A stretch of 64,000 nt of DNA. Source: an uncultured delta proteobacterium. GTDB lineage: Bacteria > Desulfobacterota > Binatia > UBA9968. The notes under the pieces were generated by a model. It had not been told where the DNA came from and did not search any database. It saw only the letters and a program-made list of their open reading frames with translations. The number at the start of each line of letters is the position of its first letter. Position 1 is the first letter of the stretch. This document shows positions 30,114 through 40,929 of the stretch, in pieces. The position numbers and the translations under genes were made by a program. Location of the stretch: contig CAVSLC010000020.1 in assembly GCA_963728565.1 (NCBI GenBank), positions 32,001-96,000 of the forward strand, in the 5' to 3' direction.

Positions 30114-30454
30114 ATGTCCGTCCTGGTGAAAACCACATTGCTGCTCGCAGCCTCGAATGTCTTTATGACTTTCGCTTGGTACGCCCACCTAAATAATCTA
30201 AATGATCGAAAGTGATACATTGCCGCCATAGCCCGCTGGGGATAGCCCCTCTTCGAATACCTGCTACAGGTGCCGGCAAACCGGATCGGCTACACTCAGT
30301 TAAGTCTGGCACGATCAAAATAACCCAGGAAGTGATCACCCTTGCGGTGTTTGTACCGTTTGCGGTGTTCTATATGCGCGAGCCGATCAAGCTCGATTAT
30401 CTATGATCGGGCCTATGCTTGTCAGGTGCGGTTTACTTCATCTTTCGGTCTTGA
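30114..30454 (+). pseudogene. DMT-superfamily (DUF486) small membrane protein, disrupted
   Basis: SNVFMTFAWYAHL, LFEYLLQVPANRIG, QEVITL; TGA stops at 30213 and 30404 plus frameshifts. Confidence 0.8.
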
Positions 30455-30459
30455 CGCGG

Positions 30460-31401
30460 TTAATTCTCTTGTGTGCCGAGAAATCTCTCCGCATCGATGG
30501 ATGCCATACAACCGGTGCCGGCGGCGGTAACGGCTTGGCGGTAAACATGATCCTGCACATCGCCGCACGCAAACACGCCAGGGATATTGGTCTGAGTGCC
30601 GTCATGAGTCAAGATATATCCGAGCGGATCTAGTTCCAGTTGCCCGGCAAACAGCTTTGAGTTGGGCTCGTGGCCGATTGCGATAAATACCCCGTCAACT
30701 TTGCGGTCCTCCGACTTACCGGTCTTGAGGTTCTTAAGCCTAACGCCCTTTACGCCACCGTTCTTAGGGTCGCCATAAATCTCATCGACAGCGCTATTCC
30801 AGGTAAATGATATTTTCGAATTCTTTTTAGCGCGGTCCTGCATGATTTTTGACGCGCGCAGAGCGTCGCGTCGATGTACGACGTTAACGCTTGACGCAAA
30901 CTTTGTCAGAAACGTTGCCTCTTCCATCGCTGTATCACCGCCGCCAACGACTACCAGGTCCTTGTCTTTAAAAAAGAACCCATCGCAGGTGGCGCACGCC
31001 GAGACGCCATGGCCCATCAGTTTGCTTTCAGATTCTAGTCCTAGCAATTTGGCGGTCGCGCCGGTGGCCACGATCAAAGCCTCGCATGTAAATGCGTTGT
31101 GACCGGCGAAGAGTTTGAACGGCCGTTGCTTGAGATCGACCGAGGTAACCTCGCCGAACATCACCTCCGTTCCGAAACGCACGGCTTGTTTCTTGAACGA
31201 TTCCATTAGCTCCGGGCCCATAATCCCATCCGGGAATCCGGGATAGTTTTCGACATCGGTCGTGATAGTGAGTTGGCCTCCAGGTTGAACCCCCTCAATA
31301 ACGAGCGGCTCGAGATTAGCGCGGGCGGCGTAGATCGCGGCAGTGAGACCGGCGGCGCCGGAGCCGAGAATGATCAGACGGTAGTGACTTTTTTTCTCCA
31401 T
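30460..31401 (-). CDS. trxB: Thioredoxin-disulfide reductase
   Basis: [46 protein letters not shown]. Confidence 0.97.
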   Translation of the reverse strand: MEKKSHYRLIILGSGAAGLTAAIYAARANLEPLVIEGVQPGGQLTITTDVENYPGFPDGIMGPELMESFKKQAVRFGTEVMFGEVTSVDLKQRPFKLFAGHNAFTCEALIVATGATAKLLGLESESKLMGHGVSACATCDGFFFKDKDLVVVGGGDTAMEEATFLTKFASSVNVVHRRDALRASKIMQDRAKKNSKISFTWNSAVDEIYGDPKNGGVKGVRLKNLKTGKSEDRKVDGVFIAIGHEPNSKLFAGQLELDPLGYILTHDGTQTNIPGVFACGDVQDHVYRQAVTAAGTGCMASIDAERFLGTQEN

Positions 31402-31447
31402 GCGGTTTCTGTAACATAAAAGCCCAAGGGGAGAAAGCAAACGGATC

Positions 31448-31933
31448 ATGAGAAAGTTAAGCCACTTAGACGAGCAGGGACGCGCCAGAATGGTCGATGT
31501 CAGCGACAAGGCGGTAAGCCGACGAATCGCTGTTGCCCGCGGAGCAATTAGAATGCGCCCGGAAACTCTGGCGCTTATACTGGAAGACAAAATTGAAAAA
31601 GGAGACGTCTTTTCCGTCGCCAGAGTGGCTGGCATCATGGCCGCAAAAAAGACTTCGGAATTAATCCCGATGTGCCATCCACTGAACATCACCTCGGTGA
31701 AGATCAACCTAGATCCACAGGAAAAACCAGCTCGTGTCGAAATTGAAGCTGCGGTCAGCGTCGACGGCAAGACCGGCGTCGAAATGGAGGCAATGACGGC
31801 AGTATGCGTGGCTGGGCTGACGATTTACGACATGTGCAAAGCCGTCGACCGCGAAATGTCGATTAGCGAAATTCGCCTGATAGAAAAAAGCGGCGGCAAA
31901 AGCGGCGTCTTTATTCGCGACGAACAGCCATAG
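31448..31933 (+). CDS. moaC: Cyclic pyranopterin monophosphate synthase
   Basis: [37 protein letters not shown]. Confidence 0.97.
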   Translation: MRKLSHLDEQGRARMVDVSDKAVSRRIAVARGAIRMRPETLALILEDKIEKGDVFSVARVAGIMAAKKTSELIPMCHPLNITSVKINLDPQEKPARVEIEAAVSVDGKTGVEMEAMTAVCVAGLTIYDMCKAVDREMSISEIRLIEKSGGKSGVFIRDEQP

Positions 31934-32026
31934 ACCAACTGTTACTTGGCGCAACCCCAGCAAAACCCAAATAGATCCTCCTGAATCTTGCCTTTTGTCT
32001 AGTAGCCATTTCGAATCTTTGACCCC

Positions 32027-33202
32027 ATGCAGCGGATCTTTTTAAAAAAAGGCCGAGAGGCTCCCATCCTTCGCGGGCACCCGTGGATCTTTTCGGGGGC
32101 CATCGAGAAAGTTGAAGGCGACGATGAAGATGTCGGCGTAGCCGATATATTCGACAGCCAGAAAACCTGGATCGCCCGAGGTCTTTCGAATGTGAAGTCG
32201 CAGATCCGGGTGCGCGTCGTGACTTGGAAGAAAGAATCCATCGATCGAGCGTTCTTTTCACGCCGCTTATCTCAGGCTCTTTCTCTCAGAGAGAGATATC
32301 TTTCCGCGACCACCAATGGATACCGATTGATCAACGGCGAGGGGGATTTTTTGCCGGGCTTGATCGTCGATCGTTACGACGACTTTCTTGTCTGCCAATT
32401 TTTCACGGCCGGCATGGAAATGTTCAAAGCTGATATCGTCGACGCGCTTAACGATCTCGTCGATGTTAAAGGCATCTCTGAACGAAGCGAGGGCAAAGTG
32501 CGCGCCGAAGAAGGTCTCGAACCGGCTGTCGGCGGATTGGCCGGCGAAACACCACCCGAGACGGTCTCGATTGTGGAAAACCGGAAAAAATTCCTCGTTG
32601 ATGTCAAGGGAGGACAGAAGACGGGCTTTTTTCTCGACCAGAGAGACAACCGGGCCTTTCTTCTAACCCTCGCTCGGGGGCGGAGAATATTGAATTGTTT
32701 CTCCTATACCGGCGCTTTCTCGGTGTACGGCTTTGACGGCGGCGCAAAAAGCGTTATCACGCTTGATTCCTCGCGCCCAGCGCTGAAATTGGCTGAACGC
32801 AATTTGGTTTTGAACGGATTTGATAGAGCCGAAGGAGAGCTTCTTAAAGGCGATGCATTTACATACTTGAAAGAATCGGACTTAAACTTCGATCTGATTG
32901 TTCTCGACCCTCCTTCTTTGGCGCCCCGGCGTAGCGATATCAACGCCGCCACGGGTGCTTACAAATTTCTCAACCTTCACGCGCTCAAGCGCTTGGATCC
33001 TGCCGGCATCCTTCTGACGTTTTCCTGTTCACAGCATCTCACCGCAGAGCTGTTCCAGAAGGTGGTCTTCGGCGCCGCCGTCGATGCCGGACGTAAGGTC
33101 ACCATTCTTCGAAAGCTCGGCCATTCCATGGATCACCCGGTAAGCCTGCATCATCCTGAAGGAGATTACTTGAAGGGGCTTGCGTTACGAGTGTTGGACT
33201 AG
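32027..33202 (+). CDS. rlmI: 23S rRNA m5C1962 methyltransferase RlmI/RlmK-like
   Basis: PUA GHPWIFS, GEGDFLPGLIVDRY, GQKTGFFLDQR, LDPP, SCS. Confidence 0.88.
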   Translation: MQRIFLKKGREAPILRGHPWIFSGAIEKVEGDDEDVGVADIFDSQKTWIARGLSNVKSQIRVRVVTWKKESIDRAFFSRRLSQALSLRERYLSATTNGYRLINGEGDFLPGLIVDRYDDFLVCQFFTAGMEMFKADIVDALNDLVDVKGISERSEGKVRAEEGLEPAVGGLAGETPPETVSIVENRKKFLVDVKGGQKTGFFLDQRDNRAFLLTLARGRRILNCFSYTGAFSVYGFDGGAKSVITLDSSRPALKLAERNLVLNGFDRAEGELLKGDAFTYLKESDLNFDLIVLDPPSLAPRRSDINAATGAYKFLNLHALKRLDPAGILLTFSCSQHLTAELFQKVVFGAAVDAGRKVTILRKLGHSMDHPVSLHHPEGDYLKGLALRVLD

Positions 33203-33262
33203 CACTCGCTCGCTGTGCTAGAGCTGCGTTGCCGGTCAAACAACATCTAGCGGCGAGGTGTC

Positions 33263-33955
33263 ATGGCTCCTTACCAAACCATCAAAGATTGGCCCGCGGA
33301 GGATCGTCCCAGAGAAAAGCTTCTCGCCAGAGGACCGCAGGCTTTGAGCGATACCGAGCTCTTGGCGATCATCCTACGAAACGGCAACGCCAGCACCGGT
33401 GAGAGCGCCATCGATCACGCCCGGCTGCTGCTCGACCGATTTGGCGGTCTCAAGGGAATGGACGAGGCAGCAGGCAGCGAGTTAGGGAAAGTCAAAGGAA
33501 TCGGTCCGGCAAAGATAGCCCAAATCAAAGCCTCCTTGGAGCTTGCACGCCGCATCGGCAGTCAGAGATGGGAGGCTGGTCAATCGCTGGGCTCATCCGA
33601 AGATGTTTTCCGTCATTTTCGCCACGATCTGGAAAGGGAGAAGCGGGAACTTTTCTACGTCGTTCTGTTAAACAACAAGAACAAGAAAATCCGCGACGTA
33701 AAAATCTCTGAAGGCTCTCTAACGGCATCACTGGTTCATCCACGCGAGGTCTACAACCCGGTAATCCGCGAATCAGCGGCTGCCGTCATATTTGTTCACA
33801 ATCACCCGAGCGGCGACCCGGCGCCAAGCCCTGAAGACATCGAGATAACGCGCCGGTTAAAAGAAGTCGGCGATGTCATGGGCGTGCGCGTCCTCGATCA
33901 CGTCGTCATCGGTCAAGACCGATATTTCAGTTTCAACGACAAAGGAATGCTCTAG
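33263..33955 (+). CDS. radC: RadC family JAB-domain protein
   Basis: RPREKL..G...LSDTELLAI, VHPREV, HNHPSGD, LDHVVIG. Confidence 0.95.
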   Translation: MAPYQTIKDWPAEDRPREKLLARGPQALSDTELLAIILRNGNASTGESAIDHARLLLDRFGGLKGMDEAAGSELGKVKGIGPAKIAQIKASLELARRIGSQRWEAGQSLGSSEDVFRHFRHDLEREKRELFYVVLLNNKNKKIRDVKISEGSLTASLVHPREVYNPVIRESAAAVIFVHNHPSGDPAPSPEDIEITRRLKEVGDVMGVRVLDHVVIGQDRYFSFNDKGML

Positions 33956-34038
33956 CCGTTCTTGACCATTTAAGCGCAAGGCTCCATCCGATCAAGGGGC
34001 GCATCGACCAACTTTATGTCTCAACCCGTAAAGTTTCG

Positions 34039-34067
34039 TTGACAAGATCACGCCAGCCGTTTATTTT
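34039..34067 (+). promoter_or_regulatory. sigma70-type promoter
   Basis: TTGACA-N17-TATTTT upstream of the M23 peptidase. Confidence 0.5.
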
Positions 34068-34110
34068 GTTGCGAACAACTCTTTCCAAACTGCTTAAAAA
34101 AGTCTATTGA

Positions 34111-35541
34111 ATGAGCGCTCTTGAAATCGGCCGGCCCCCCAGACGCGCTGCCTTGCCCGGCAATTTTCTTATCGTTTTACTTGTCGCAGGTCTGATCGCG
34201 GGTGGATACTTTCTCATTCCGCGCTTTGAATGGAAATCGCCGCAGATCAAGCTCACGCCTGACGCGGAAACCCTTGGGCTTGGCGAACTTGAAATTGATA
34301 TCAGCGAACAAGGCACCGGTTTAAAATCTGTCAGCGCTTCTCTCACTGCCGGCGGCAAAGAGCATTCTCTGGCCGCGGAAGAATACGATCAGCCGTTGAT
34401 GCAGAAAAAGATTACTATCGCGCTATCCTCGAAGCTAACCGGCCTCAAGGAAGGGCCGGCGATTTTGCGCGTTAGCGCCCGTGATCGGTCGTTATGGAGT
34501 TTTTTTCGGGGCAACGAAACCGTGCTGCAAAAAAACCTAACGATTGATATCACGCCGCCGACCATCGAGCTGATTGCCGATGACGCCTATGTCAACTTTG
34601 GGGGCACCGCACTGGTGGCTTATAAACCCTCATCAGACACGGTCAACAGCGGCGTAAAGATTGGTCATCATTTTTTTCCCGGATACAAGGGGCAAACAAA
34701 AGATCCCAGCGTCTATCTGGCTTTCTTCGCTCACCCTTACGACACACCGGAGACCGAGAAAGCAACTCTTGTGGCCACCGACAAGGCCGGCAATGCCCGA
34801 CAGATGGCGCTTGCCTATACACTCAAGGGCGTTAAGTACAAGAAGAGCACGATTCCGGTCTCAGAAGAGTTCATTAACGGTAAAGTCGCGCCGTTGATCA
34901 ATGATGTGGGCGCCCGGCAAGGCAGCGCCAAGGAACTGTTTATCAAGGTGAACCGCGACATTCGTAAAGAGAACGAGGAAAAGATTAAAGCGGTCACCCA
35001 AAAAACCGCAGGCTCGATACTCTGGAGCGGCCCATTTAACCAGCTAACCAATTCCAAGGTTGAAGCGAACTTTGCCGACGCCAGGACGTACGTTTATAAG
35101 AACGAGACCATCGACCACGCCTATCACTTGGGCTTTGATCTGTCGGTCACCAAGAGATATCCGGTGGAAGCAGCCAACAGCGGTGTCGTCGGTTTCATCG
35201 GTGATTTAGGAATTTACGGAAATACCGTGATTCTCGATCACGGCTTGGGGCTTGCGACGCTTTATTCACACCTGAGCTCCATCGACGTCAAACCGGGTGA
35301 GCAAATCAAAAAGGCGCAAATTATCGGCAAAACCGGTGAAACCGGCTTGGCAGTCGGCGATCACCTGCACTACGGGGTCTATTTAAACGGCATCGCCGTG
35401 CTGCCGTTGGAGTGGTGGGACGAGAAATGGTTACGTGACAACGTTTATCCCAAGCTCCAATCCTCCACTGCCGAGAGCGATGTTGTAGCAAAAGCCGAAG
35501 TCAAGCCTGCCGCAAAAAAAACCAGCCGCCGCCGGCGCTAG
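34111..35541 (+). CDS. M23 family metallopeptidase with N-terminal membrane anchor
   Basis: HLGFD, YGNTVILDHG, LYSHL, GDHLHY. Confidence 0.92.
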   Translation: MSALEIGRPPRRAALPGNFLIVLLVAGLIAGGYFLIPRFEWKSPQIKLTPDAETLGLGELEIDISEQGTGLKSVSASLTAGGKEHSLAAEEYDQPLMQKKITIALSSKLTGLKEGPAILRVSARDRSLWSFFRGNETVLQKNLTIDITPPTIELIADDAYVNFGGTALVAYKPSSDTVNSGVKIGHHFFPGYKGQTKDPSVYLAFFAHPYDTPETEKATLVATDKAGNARQMALAYTLKGVKYKKSTIPVSEEFINGKVAPLINDVGARQGSAKELFIKVNRDIRKENEEKIKAVTQKTAGSILWSGPFNQLTNSKVEANFADARTYVYKNETIDHAYHLGFDLSVTKRYPVEAANSGVVGFIGDLGIYGNTVILDHGLGLATLYSHLSSIDVKPGEQIKKAQIIGKTGETGLAVGDHLHYGVYLNGIAVLPLEWWDEKWLRDNVYPKLQSSTAESDVVAKAEVKPAAKKTSRRRR

Positions 35542-35572
35542 CCATTCCGCTTATCGGATCCAACCAAGCGCT

Positions 35573-36988
35573 GTGTCGATCAAGCTCAGGCGCCCGCGTT
35601 CAGAATCGACATCGGCCAAACTGGCGCAGTTTGTCGCAACCCTGAGCGCAAGAGAGCTTCCTAAACCAGTCAAAGAAGCGGCCAAAGAACATCTGCTCGA
35701 TGGCTTTGCGACAATGCTTGCCGGGGCGGCGGAAGACGCGAGCCAGCGCATCGAAGGTTATTTGCGAGGTTTCCTCTCCAGACCGGAAGCAACCGTCATC
35801 GGATCGCCCATGAAGGTTAATGCGCAGTATGCCGCGCTCGCCAACGGCATTCGTGGACACGTGCTCGACTATGATGATGCCCAGTTGGCCACTTTGCGTT
35901 CGCGGCCCTACGGTCAACTGACGCATCCAACCACACCGGTTCTAGCTGCTGCTCTTGCCTTGGCGGAAAAAATCAACGCCACGGGTTTAGAATTGTTGGC
36001 CGCCTATATTGTCGGCGTTGAAGTAGCGTGCCGGCTTGCCGATGCGATTCATCCCGATCACTATCTTAAAGGCTTTCATCCCACCGGGACAATCGGCGCC
36101 TTCGGCGCAACCGCCGCTTGCGCACACCTGCTTAAATTAGATTCTATCCGGACGCGCTGGGCTCTGGGTATCGCCGGAAGCCTGGCCTCCGGACTGCGAG
36201 CTCATCGTGGGACGATGGCCAAATCGTTGAATGCCGGGCATGCAGCCGAGAATGGTGTCGTTGCCGCCACTTTGGCTCAAACCGGCTTTAGCGCTTCCAC
36301 GGATGTATTTGACGACCCGATGGGTTACTTCGCTGCGGCGTGTCATGGCATGGTCGAACGTAAACTGATCAAGTTCGGCTCGCCGTATTTTCTTGTTAAC
36401 CCGGGGATCGCCATTAAAATTTATCCCTGCGCCGGTGTACTCCATCCGGCACTCGACGCAATCATCGATCTAGCCAAGGAATACGATTTGCGATCGACCG
36501 ATGTCAAAAGAATTCGTGTCAGCCTCGGTCCTGATGCGGCTTTGCCCTTAGTCTATGCTAGCCCGAGAACTGCTCTTGAGGGAAAGTTCAGTCTATCCTT
36601 CTCCGCCGCTGCGGCTCTGGTCTATCGCAGAGCCGGTCTCGAGCAATATAAAGATGCGACTCTTCTGAATCCAAACATTACCGCCGTGATGAAGCGAGTC
36701 GAGCTCGTGCAAAATCCGAGGCTCCGGTCGGTGGGCAATCTCGGCTGCCAGGCTGAGATCGAGATTCAATTGAATAACCGGAGAATTTACCGAAAACGCG
36801 CCACCGTGGCCAAAGGCCATCCGAAGAAACCTCTGACACGAGAAGAAATTCAAGAGAAATTTCACCAGTGCGCCGGCGAGAAAATACCAAAGAAACGGGC
36901 CAAAAAGTTTGTCGAGAATCTCTTGTCCATCGAAGAAGTTGATGCGCTGGCGCCATGGCTTAAATTGTTGCGGCCCGCGCGCCGTTGA
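35573..36988 (+). CDS. MmgE/PrpD family protein
   Basis: HVLDYDD, HPT, GFHPTG, KIYPC, GKFSL, KGHP. Confidence 0.9.
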   Translation: MSIKLRRPRSESTSAKLAQFVATLSARELPKPVKEAAKEHLLDGFATMLAGAAEDASQRIEGYLRGFLSRPEATVIGSPMKVNAQYAALANGIRGHVLDYDDAQLATLRSRPYGQLTHPTTPVLAAALALAEKINATGLELLAAYIVGVEVACRLADAIHPDHYLKGFHPTGTIGAFGATAACAHLLKLDSIRTRWALGIAGSLASGLRAHRGTMAKSLNAGHAAENGVVAATLAQTGFSASTDVFDDPMGYFAAACHGMVERKLIKFGSPYFLVNPGIAIKIYPCAGVLHPALDAIIDLAKEYDLRSTDVKRIRVSLGPDAALPLVYASPRTALEGKFSLSFSAAAALVYRRAGLEQYKDATLLNPNITAVMKRVELVQNPRLRSVGNLGCQAEIEIQLNNRRIYRKRATVAKGHPKKPLTREEIQEKFHQCAGEKIPKKRAKKFVENLLSIEEVDALAPWLKLLRPARR

Positions 36989-37047
36989 CTTTGATCCAGT
37001 GAACAGAGAAAGATGACAACAATCCTGGCTTGAAAGGATCAACTAGC

Positions 37048-37749
37048 ATGCGCATCGTCGATCTCAGCATGACCGTACAAGAGTGCGACTCAGCACCGTT
37101 TGCTCCCGATGAAAACTATTTTAAGCTCAGACCGATCATCAAATGGGAAGACAAAGGGTTTGTTTCCAATGTCGTGCAGATGACCGTTCACGTTGGCACC
37201 CACATCGACTCGCCGCATCATTTTTTTCGCGACAAGCCTTCTATCGAGCAACTTCCGCTCGAGCCGATGGTCGGCCAGGCGATCATACTGGATCTAACCG
37301 CTAAGGGCGTTGCCCGCGCAGTTATTACGCCCCAGGACTTAAGCCAAGCCGAGGAGAAGCTCAAGCAACAAGGTATCGAGATTCCTCAGGGCGGCATGCT
37401 CTTTCTTAGGACCGACTGGCCTAAGGGCCACGATACGACGGACCCTCAATGGTGGAGCGATTCGCCGTATCTAAATAAGGAGGCAGCTCAATGGATTGTT
37501 GCGAGGAAGCCGGCGGTTGTCGGTTTTGATTTTGCGCAGGAAGAAAAGGGAACTGATTATCAAAGCGCCGATCAAATTCTCCAGAGCGCCATGCGCGTGC
37601 ATCGGACCATTCTTCCAAAAGTGATTTTTCAGATCGAGAATCTGATCAATCTCGATCAGATCGGCCCCACCGCTCAAGTCGTTGCTTTGCCGGTAAAGTG
37701 GAAAACCGAATCGGCGCCGGCCCGGGTCATCGCCCTGCTGGACAATTAG
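37048..37749 (+). CDS. Cyclase/kynurenine formamidase-like metal hydrolase
   Basis: HVGTHIDSPHH (HxGTHxDxPxH), IENL, SAPARVIA. Confidence 0.9.
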   Translation: MRIVDLSMTVQECDSAPFAPDENYFKLRPIIKWEDKGFVSNVVQMTVHVGTHIDSPHHFFRDKPSIEQLPLEPMVGQAIILDLTAKGVARAVITPQDLSQAEEKLKQQGIEIPQGGMLFLRTDWPKGHDTTDPQWWSDSPYLNKEAAQWIVARKPAVVGFDFAQEEKGTDYQSADQILQSAMRVHRTILPKVIFQIENLINLDQIGPTAQVVALPVKWKTESAPARVIALLDN

Positions 37750-37776
37750 GCCTACCAGTTTGCGAAATTATGATGA

Positions 37777-37902
37777 CAGGCTGCTCAAAAAGCCTTAGAG
37801 GCAAGGCGCGCGAAAGATCGACGAGCGGAGACGTACAGCGGCAGTACGTTGACGCGAGGAGAATGAGCGCAACGAAGCCTATGAGGCTTTTTCAGTAGCC
37901 TG
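37777..37902 (+). repeat. ~125-bp palindromic dispersed element, copy 1 (MITE/REP-like or structured RNA)
   Basis: CAGGCTGCTCAAAAAG...CTTTTTCAGTAGCCTG termini; internal ACGTAC..GTACGT hairpin; similar to three other loci. Confidence 0.85.
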
Positions 37903-37911
37903 CGATGACTG

Positions 37912-38901
37912 ATGAGAGCAGTCCGCATACATGAGCTTGGCGGCCCGGACGTGCTCCGCTACGAGGAAGTTCCGGCGCCACAACCGAAAGCCGGCGAGGT
38001 TTTGGTCAGAGTCGCTGCCGCCGGCGTCAACTATCTCGACATCTATTATCGTTCAGGGTTTCACTGGGGCGGTCATCATGGCCGTGCGCTCCCCTATGTT
38101 CCCGGCGCCGAGGCGGCCGGGACCGTCGTCGACTTAGGCGCGAACGTTACCGAAGTCAAAATCGGTGATCGTGTCGCCTACGGCATATCCAATGGGTATG
38201 GCTCATATGCCGAGCTGCACGCGCTGCCCGCCTGGCATCTTTACAAAATTCCGCAGTCGATTGCATTTGAAGACGCGGCAGCGATCATGCTGCAAGGCAT
38301 GACGGCTCATTACCTCACGCACAGCACCTATCGGCTAAAACCCGAGGACACTGTTCTCATCCATGCCGCCGCCGGCGGCACCGGGTTGTTGTTAGTGCAA
38401 CTGGCAAAGATGCGGGGCGCCCGGGTCTTTGGGACGGTTTCGACCGATGCCAAAGCGCAGCTCGCCCAAGCCGCGGGCGCCGATCGGACGATCAACTACG
38501 CAGAACAGGATTTCGCCGCCGAAATTAGAAAATTAACCGACGGCAAAGGCGTTAATGTCGTGTATGATTCAGTTGGCCAGGCGACATTTGAAAAGAGCCT
38601 GGACTGCCTTGCCCCATTGGGAAGTCTGATCATTTTCGGTCAAGCCAGCGGCCCGGTGCCGCCCTTCGATACTTCGATTCTAAACGCCAAGGGATCGTTG
38701 ACGTTAGCCCGCCCGAGCCTGACACACAACGTCGCCAGCCATGCCGATGTGCTTTGGCGCGCCGGCGATCTATTTAACTGGCTTGCGGAAGGAAAGCTTA
38801 AAGTTACGACTGGAGAAATCTACCGGCTTTCCCAAGCGGCGGATGCGCACCGGCAATTGGAGTCACGAAAATCCACCGGCAAGATTCTCCTGGTTCCGTA
38901 G
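37912..38901 (+). CDS. qor: NADPH:quinone oxidoreductase (zeta-crystallin/Qor)
   Basis: GGPDVL, PGAEAAG, LQGMTAHYL, HAAAGGTG, VYDSVG, STGKILL. Confidence 0.9.
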   Translation: MRAVRIHELGGPDVLRYEEVPAPQPKAGEVLVRVAAAGVNYLDIYYRSGFHWGGHHGRALPYVPGAEAAGTVVDLGANVTEVKIGDRVAYGISNGYGSYAELHALPAWHLYKIPQSIAFEDAAAIMLQGMTAHYLTHSTYRLKPEDTVLIHAAAGGTGLLLVQLAKMRGARVFGTVSTDAKAQLAQAAGADRTINYAEQDFAAEIRKLTDGKGVNVVYDSVGQATFEKSLDCLAPLGSLIIFGQASGPVPPFDTSILNAKGSLTLARPSLTHNVASHADVLWRAGDLFNWLAEGKLKVTTGEIYRLSQAADAHRQLESRKSTGKILLVP

Positions 38902-38907
38902 AAAATC

Positions 38908-39627
38908 ATGTACGGCTGGCGCGCAAAGATCGGGCGCATCTCCCCTTCTCCGGAAACCGTCGGCGCTGAGGAATGGCGCCGCTCCATGCCCGATGGCGTA
39001 TGCCTCGTCGAAACGCGCACACTGCTTCACGATGTCACCGTGGACGGCCTCAGCGAAACCGCCAAGCAGGTTGAACGCGCAGCCTTGGAGTTGGCTTCCG
39101 CCGAAGTCGACGTGATCTTACAGGCCGGCACCGCCATCGCGTTCTTCCGCGGCTTTGGGCACGATCATGAATTAAGCCGCCGCATCCATGCTGTCACCGG
39201 CATCCAAGCGACCACATCGCTCACCGCCGTGGTCGAGGCGCTCCGGACAGTAAAAATTCGGCGCCCCGCAATTGCAACCTCGTACCTGGCCGACATCGAT
39301 GCGCGACTGGCCGAAGTCTTGGAAAAGTCGGGCTTCGAAGTAGCGGCGATTCGCGGCATGGGCCTTAAGAAGAGTATCGACATGGGCAAAGTGACACCCG
39401 AGGAAACCTACCGCCTGGCTCGAGAGGTCGTCCGTTCAGCGCCGAAGGCCGATGGGATTCTGATCTCGTGCGGCAATCTCCGGACTTTTGAAGCCATCGA
39501 ACCGCTCGAAACCGATACGGGCTTGCCGGTGATAACGAGTAATCAAGCAGGCCTGTGGCAAGCGCTGCGAATGGCGGGAATAAAGGACCGGTTAACCTCT
39601 CTGGGCCGGCTTCTTAGCGAGCACTAA
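38908..39627 (+). CDS. Asp/Glu racemase-superfamily protein, arylmalonate decarboxylase-like
   Basis: QAGTAIAFFRG and ISCGNL motifs, PVITSNQA.LW. Confidence 0.8.
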   Translation: MYGWRAKIGRISPSPETVGAEEWRRSMPDGVCLVETRTLLHDVTVDGLSETAKQVERAALELASAEVDVILQAGTAIAFFRGFGHDHELSRRIHAVTGIQATTSLTAVVEALRTVKIRRPAIATSYLADIDARLAEVLEKSGFEVAAIRGMGLKKSIDMGKVTPEETYRLAREVVRSAPKADGILISCGNLRTFEAIEPLETDTGLPVITSNQAGLWQALRMAGIKDRLTSLGRLLSEH

Positions 39628-39714
39628 CAAATGTTTTATAAAATCGACAAACCCTTCGCGGTAAAAAGAGCTTCGTTCTTGAGGAGGTTTCTACACTCTT
39701 CTAGTGCTCATCGC

Positions 39715-39838
39715 CAGACTGATCAAAAAGGTTCAGCTGCGAGGCGCGCGAAGATCGACGAGCGAAGACGTACGGCTAAGTACGTTGCAGCGAGGCGGGC
39801 GAGTGCAACGAAGCAGATGGGCCTTTTTCATCAGTCTG
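39715..39838 (+). repeat. Palindromic dispersed element, copy 2
   Basis: CAGACTGATCAAAAAGG...CCTTTTTCATCAGTCTG; same core as copy 1. Confidence 0.85.
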
Positions 39839-39843
39839 GACGT

Positions 39844-40929
39844 TCAGGAGTGCTCATCTTGAGAAAACCACTCCGTCGGCAACTCTCTTCCCGAGCCCTT
39901 CTCTCGCGCAAGCTCGTACACTCTCGCCGCTGCGGCCGAGAACTGAAGCCCAAGTCCCAGATGATTGAGCATGCAAGTTACGTCGGAGTCTTTATCCCGG
40001 CCTTTGACTTTACCGGCAATTATTTCTGAAAGCTCCGGTTTATCACGCCAGTCTGCGGCGGTTTTTTCTAGCTCTGCGCGACCGTAATCGCCCTTGCCAA
40101 ATTCCGGAATCGCGCTCTCCTGCCCCGGTAAGGTGAAGAGTTGTGCAGCTTGGCGCGTCGAAACAGCGATAAGATCGCAACCCAACAGAGCTTCAAGCGT
40201 CATCTCGCTGGGCCGTACCGTGGTGATATGCATTCCCGCGCGGAGCCAAGATGCGGGAAAGAAAGGGTCCAGAGCATTGGTCGTGAGAGCCACGACATCA
40301 ACATCTTTAGCCGCATCTTCGGGTGACGAAACGGCGATAATATCAGCAGCAATGACGCGCCGCATCTCAGCCGCAAAATTCTCACGGTTGGCTGGCGTTG
40401 GGCTATAAATCCTAATCTCGCGGAGCGGCAAAACCTTGCACATCGCGAGCACTGCCGGACGCGCTTGCCAGCCGGAGCCATAAACCCCCAGGACCGAGCA
40501 ATCGGACCGGGCCATGTATTTCGCCGAAAGCGCGTTGGTAACTCCGACCCGAATCGCCTGGATAAAACCGTCGGGAAAGATGGCCAGAAGCTCTCCCGTC
40601 GACGTGCTAAAGACAAACACGAGACCGACATACTTCCCGCCCATCGCCAAAGGAATCTTTACGCGGCGCTGCCGACCGCCAATAACCGGCCAAGTGAGAA
40701 TATCGGAGGTAAGCCGCATCGTCGTCACACCGGATTGCGGCAAGGAAGCGCAGGATGTTTTCAGGCCATGGTAACTACCGTCTAGCGGCCCCGGCACCAA
40801 TAGATCTTGGCGCGGCATGTTCACGGCATTGCCATTACCGAGATCGCGTAGCGCCGGCTCCAAGACTTCAAAGCATTCCTCAAGCGTAAACAGCTGCTCG
40901 ATCTCGTCATTACTGAGAATGAGAGTCAT
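39844..40929 (-). CDS. Ornithine cyclodeaminase/mu-crystallin family protein
   Basis: TGELLAIFPDG..QAIRVG, GVYGSGWQA, GLGLQF. Confidence 0.88.
   Translation of the reverse strand: MTLILSNDEIEQLFTLEECFEVLEPALRDLGNGNAVNMPRQDLLVPGPLDGSYHGLKTSCASLPQSGVTTMRLTSDILTWPVIGGRQRRVKIPLAMGGKYVGLVFVFSTSTGELLAIFPDGFIQAIRVGVTNALSAKYMARSDCSVLGVYGSGWQARPAVLAMCKVLPLREIRIYSPTPANRENFAAEMRRVIAADIIAVSSPEDAAKDVDVVALTTNALDPFFPASWLRAGMHITTVRPSEMTLEALLGCDLIAVSTRQAAQLFTLPGQESAIPEFGKGDYGRAELEKTAADWRDKPELSEIIAGKVKGRDKDSDVTCMLNHLGLGLQFSAAAARVYELAREKGSGRELPTEWFSQDEHS

Noticed and set aside
33263-33955. radC as a marker of a mobile element
   Set aside because: Full-length chromosomal type in a housekeeping context.
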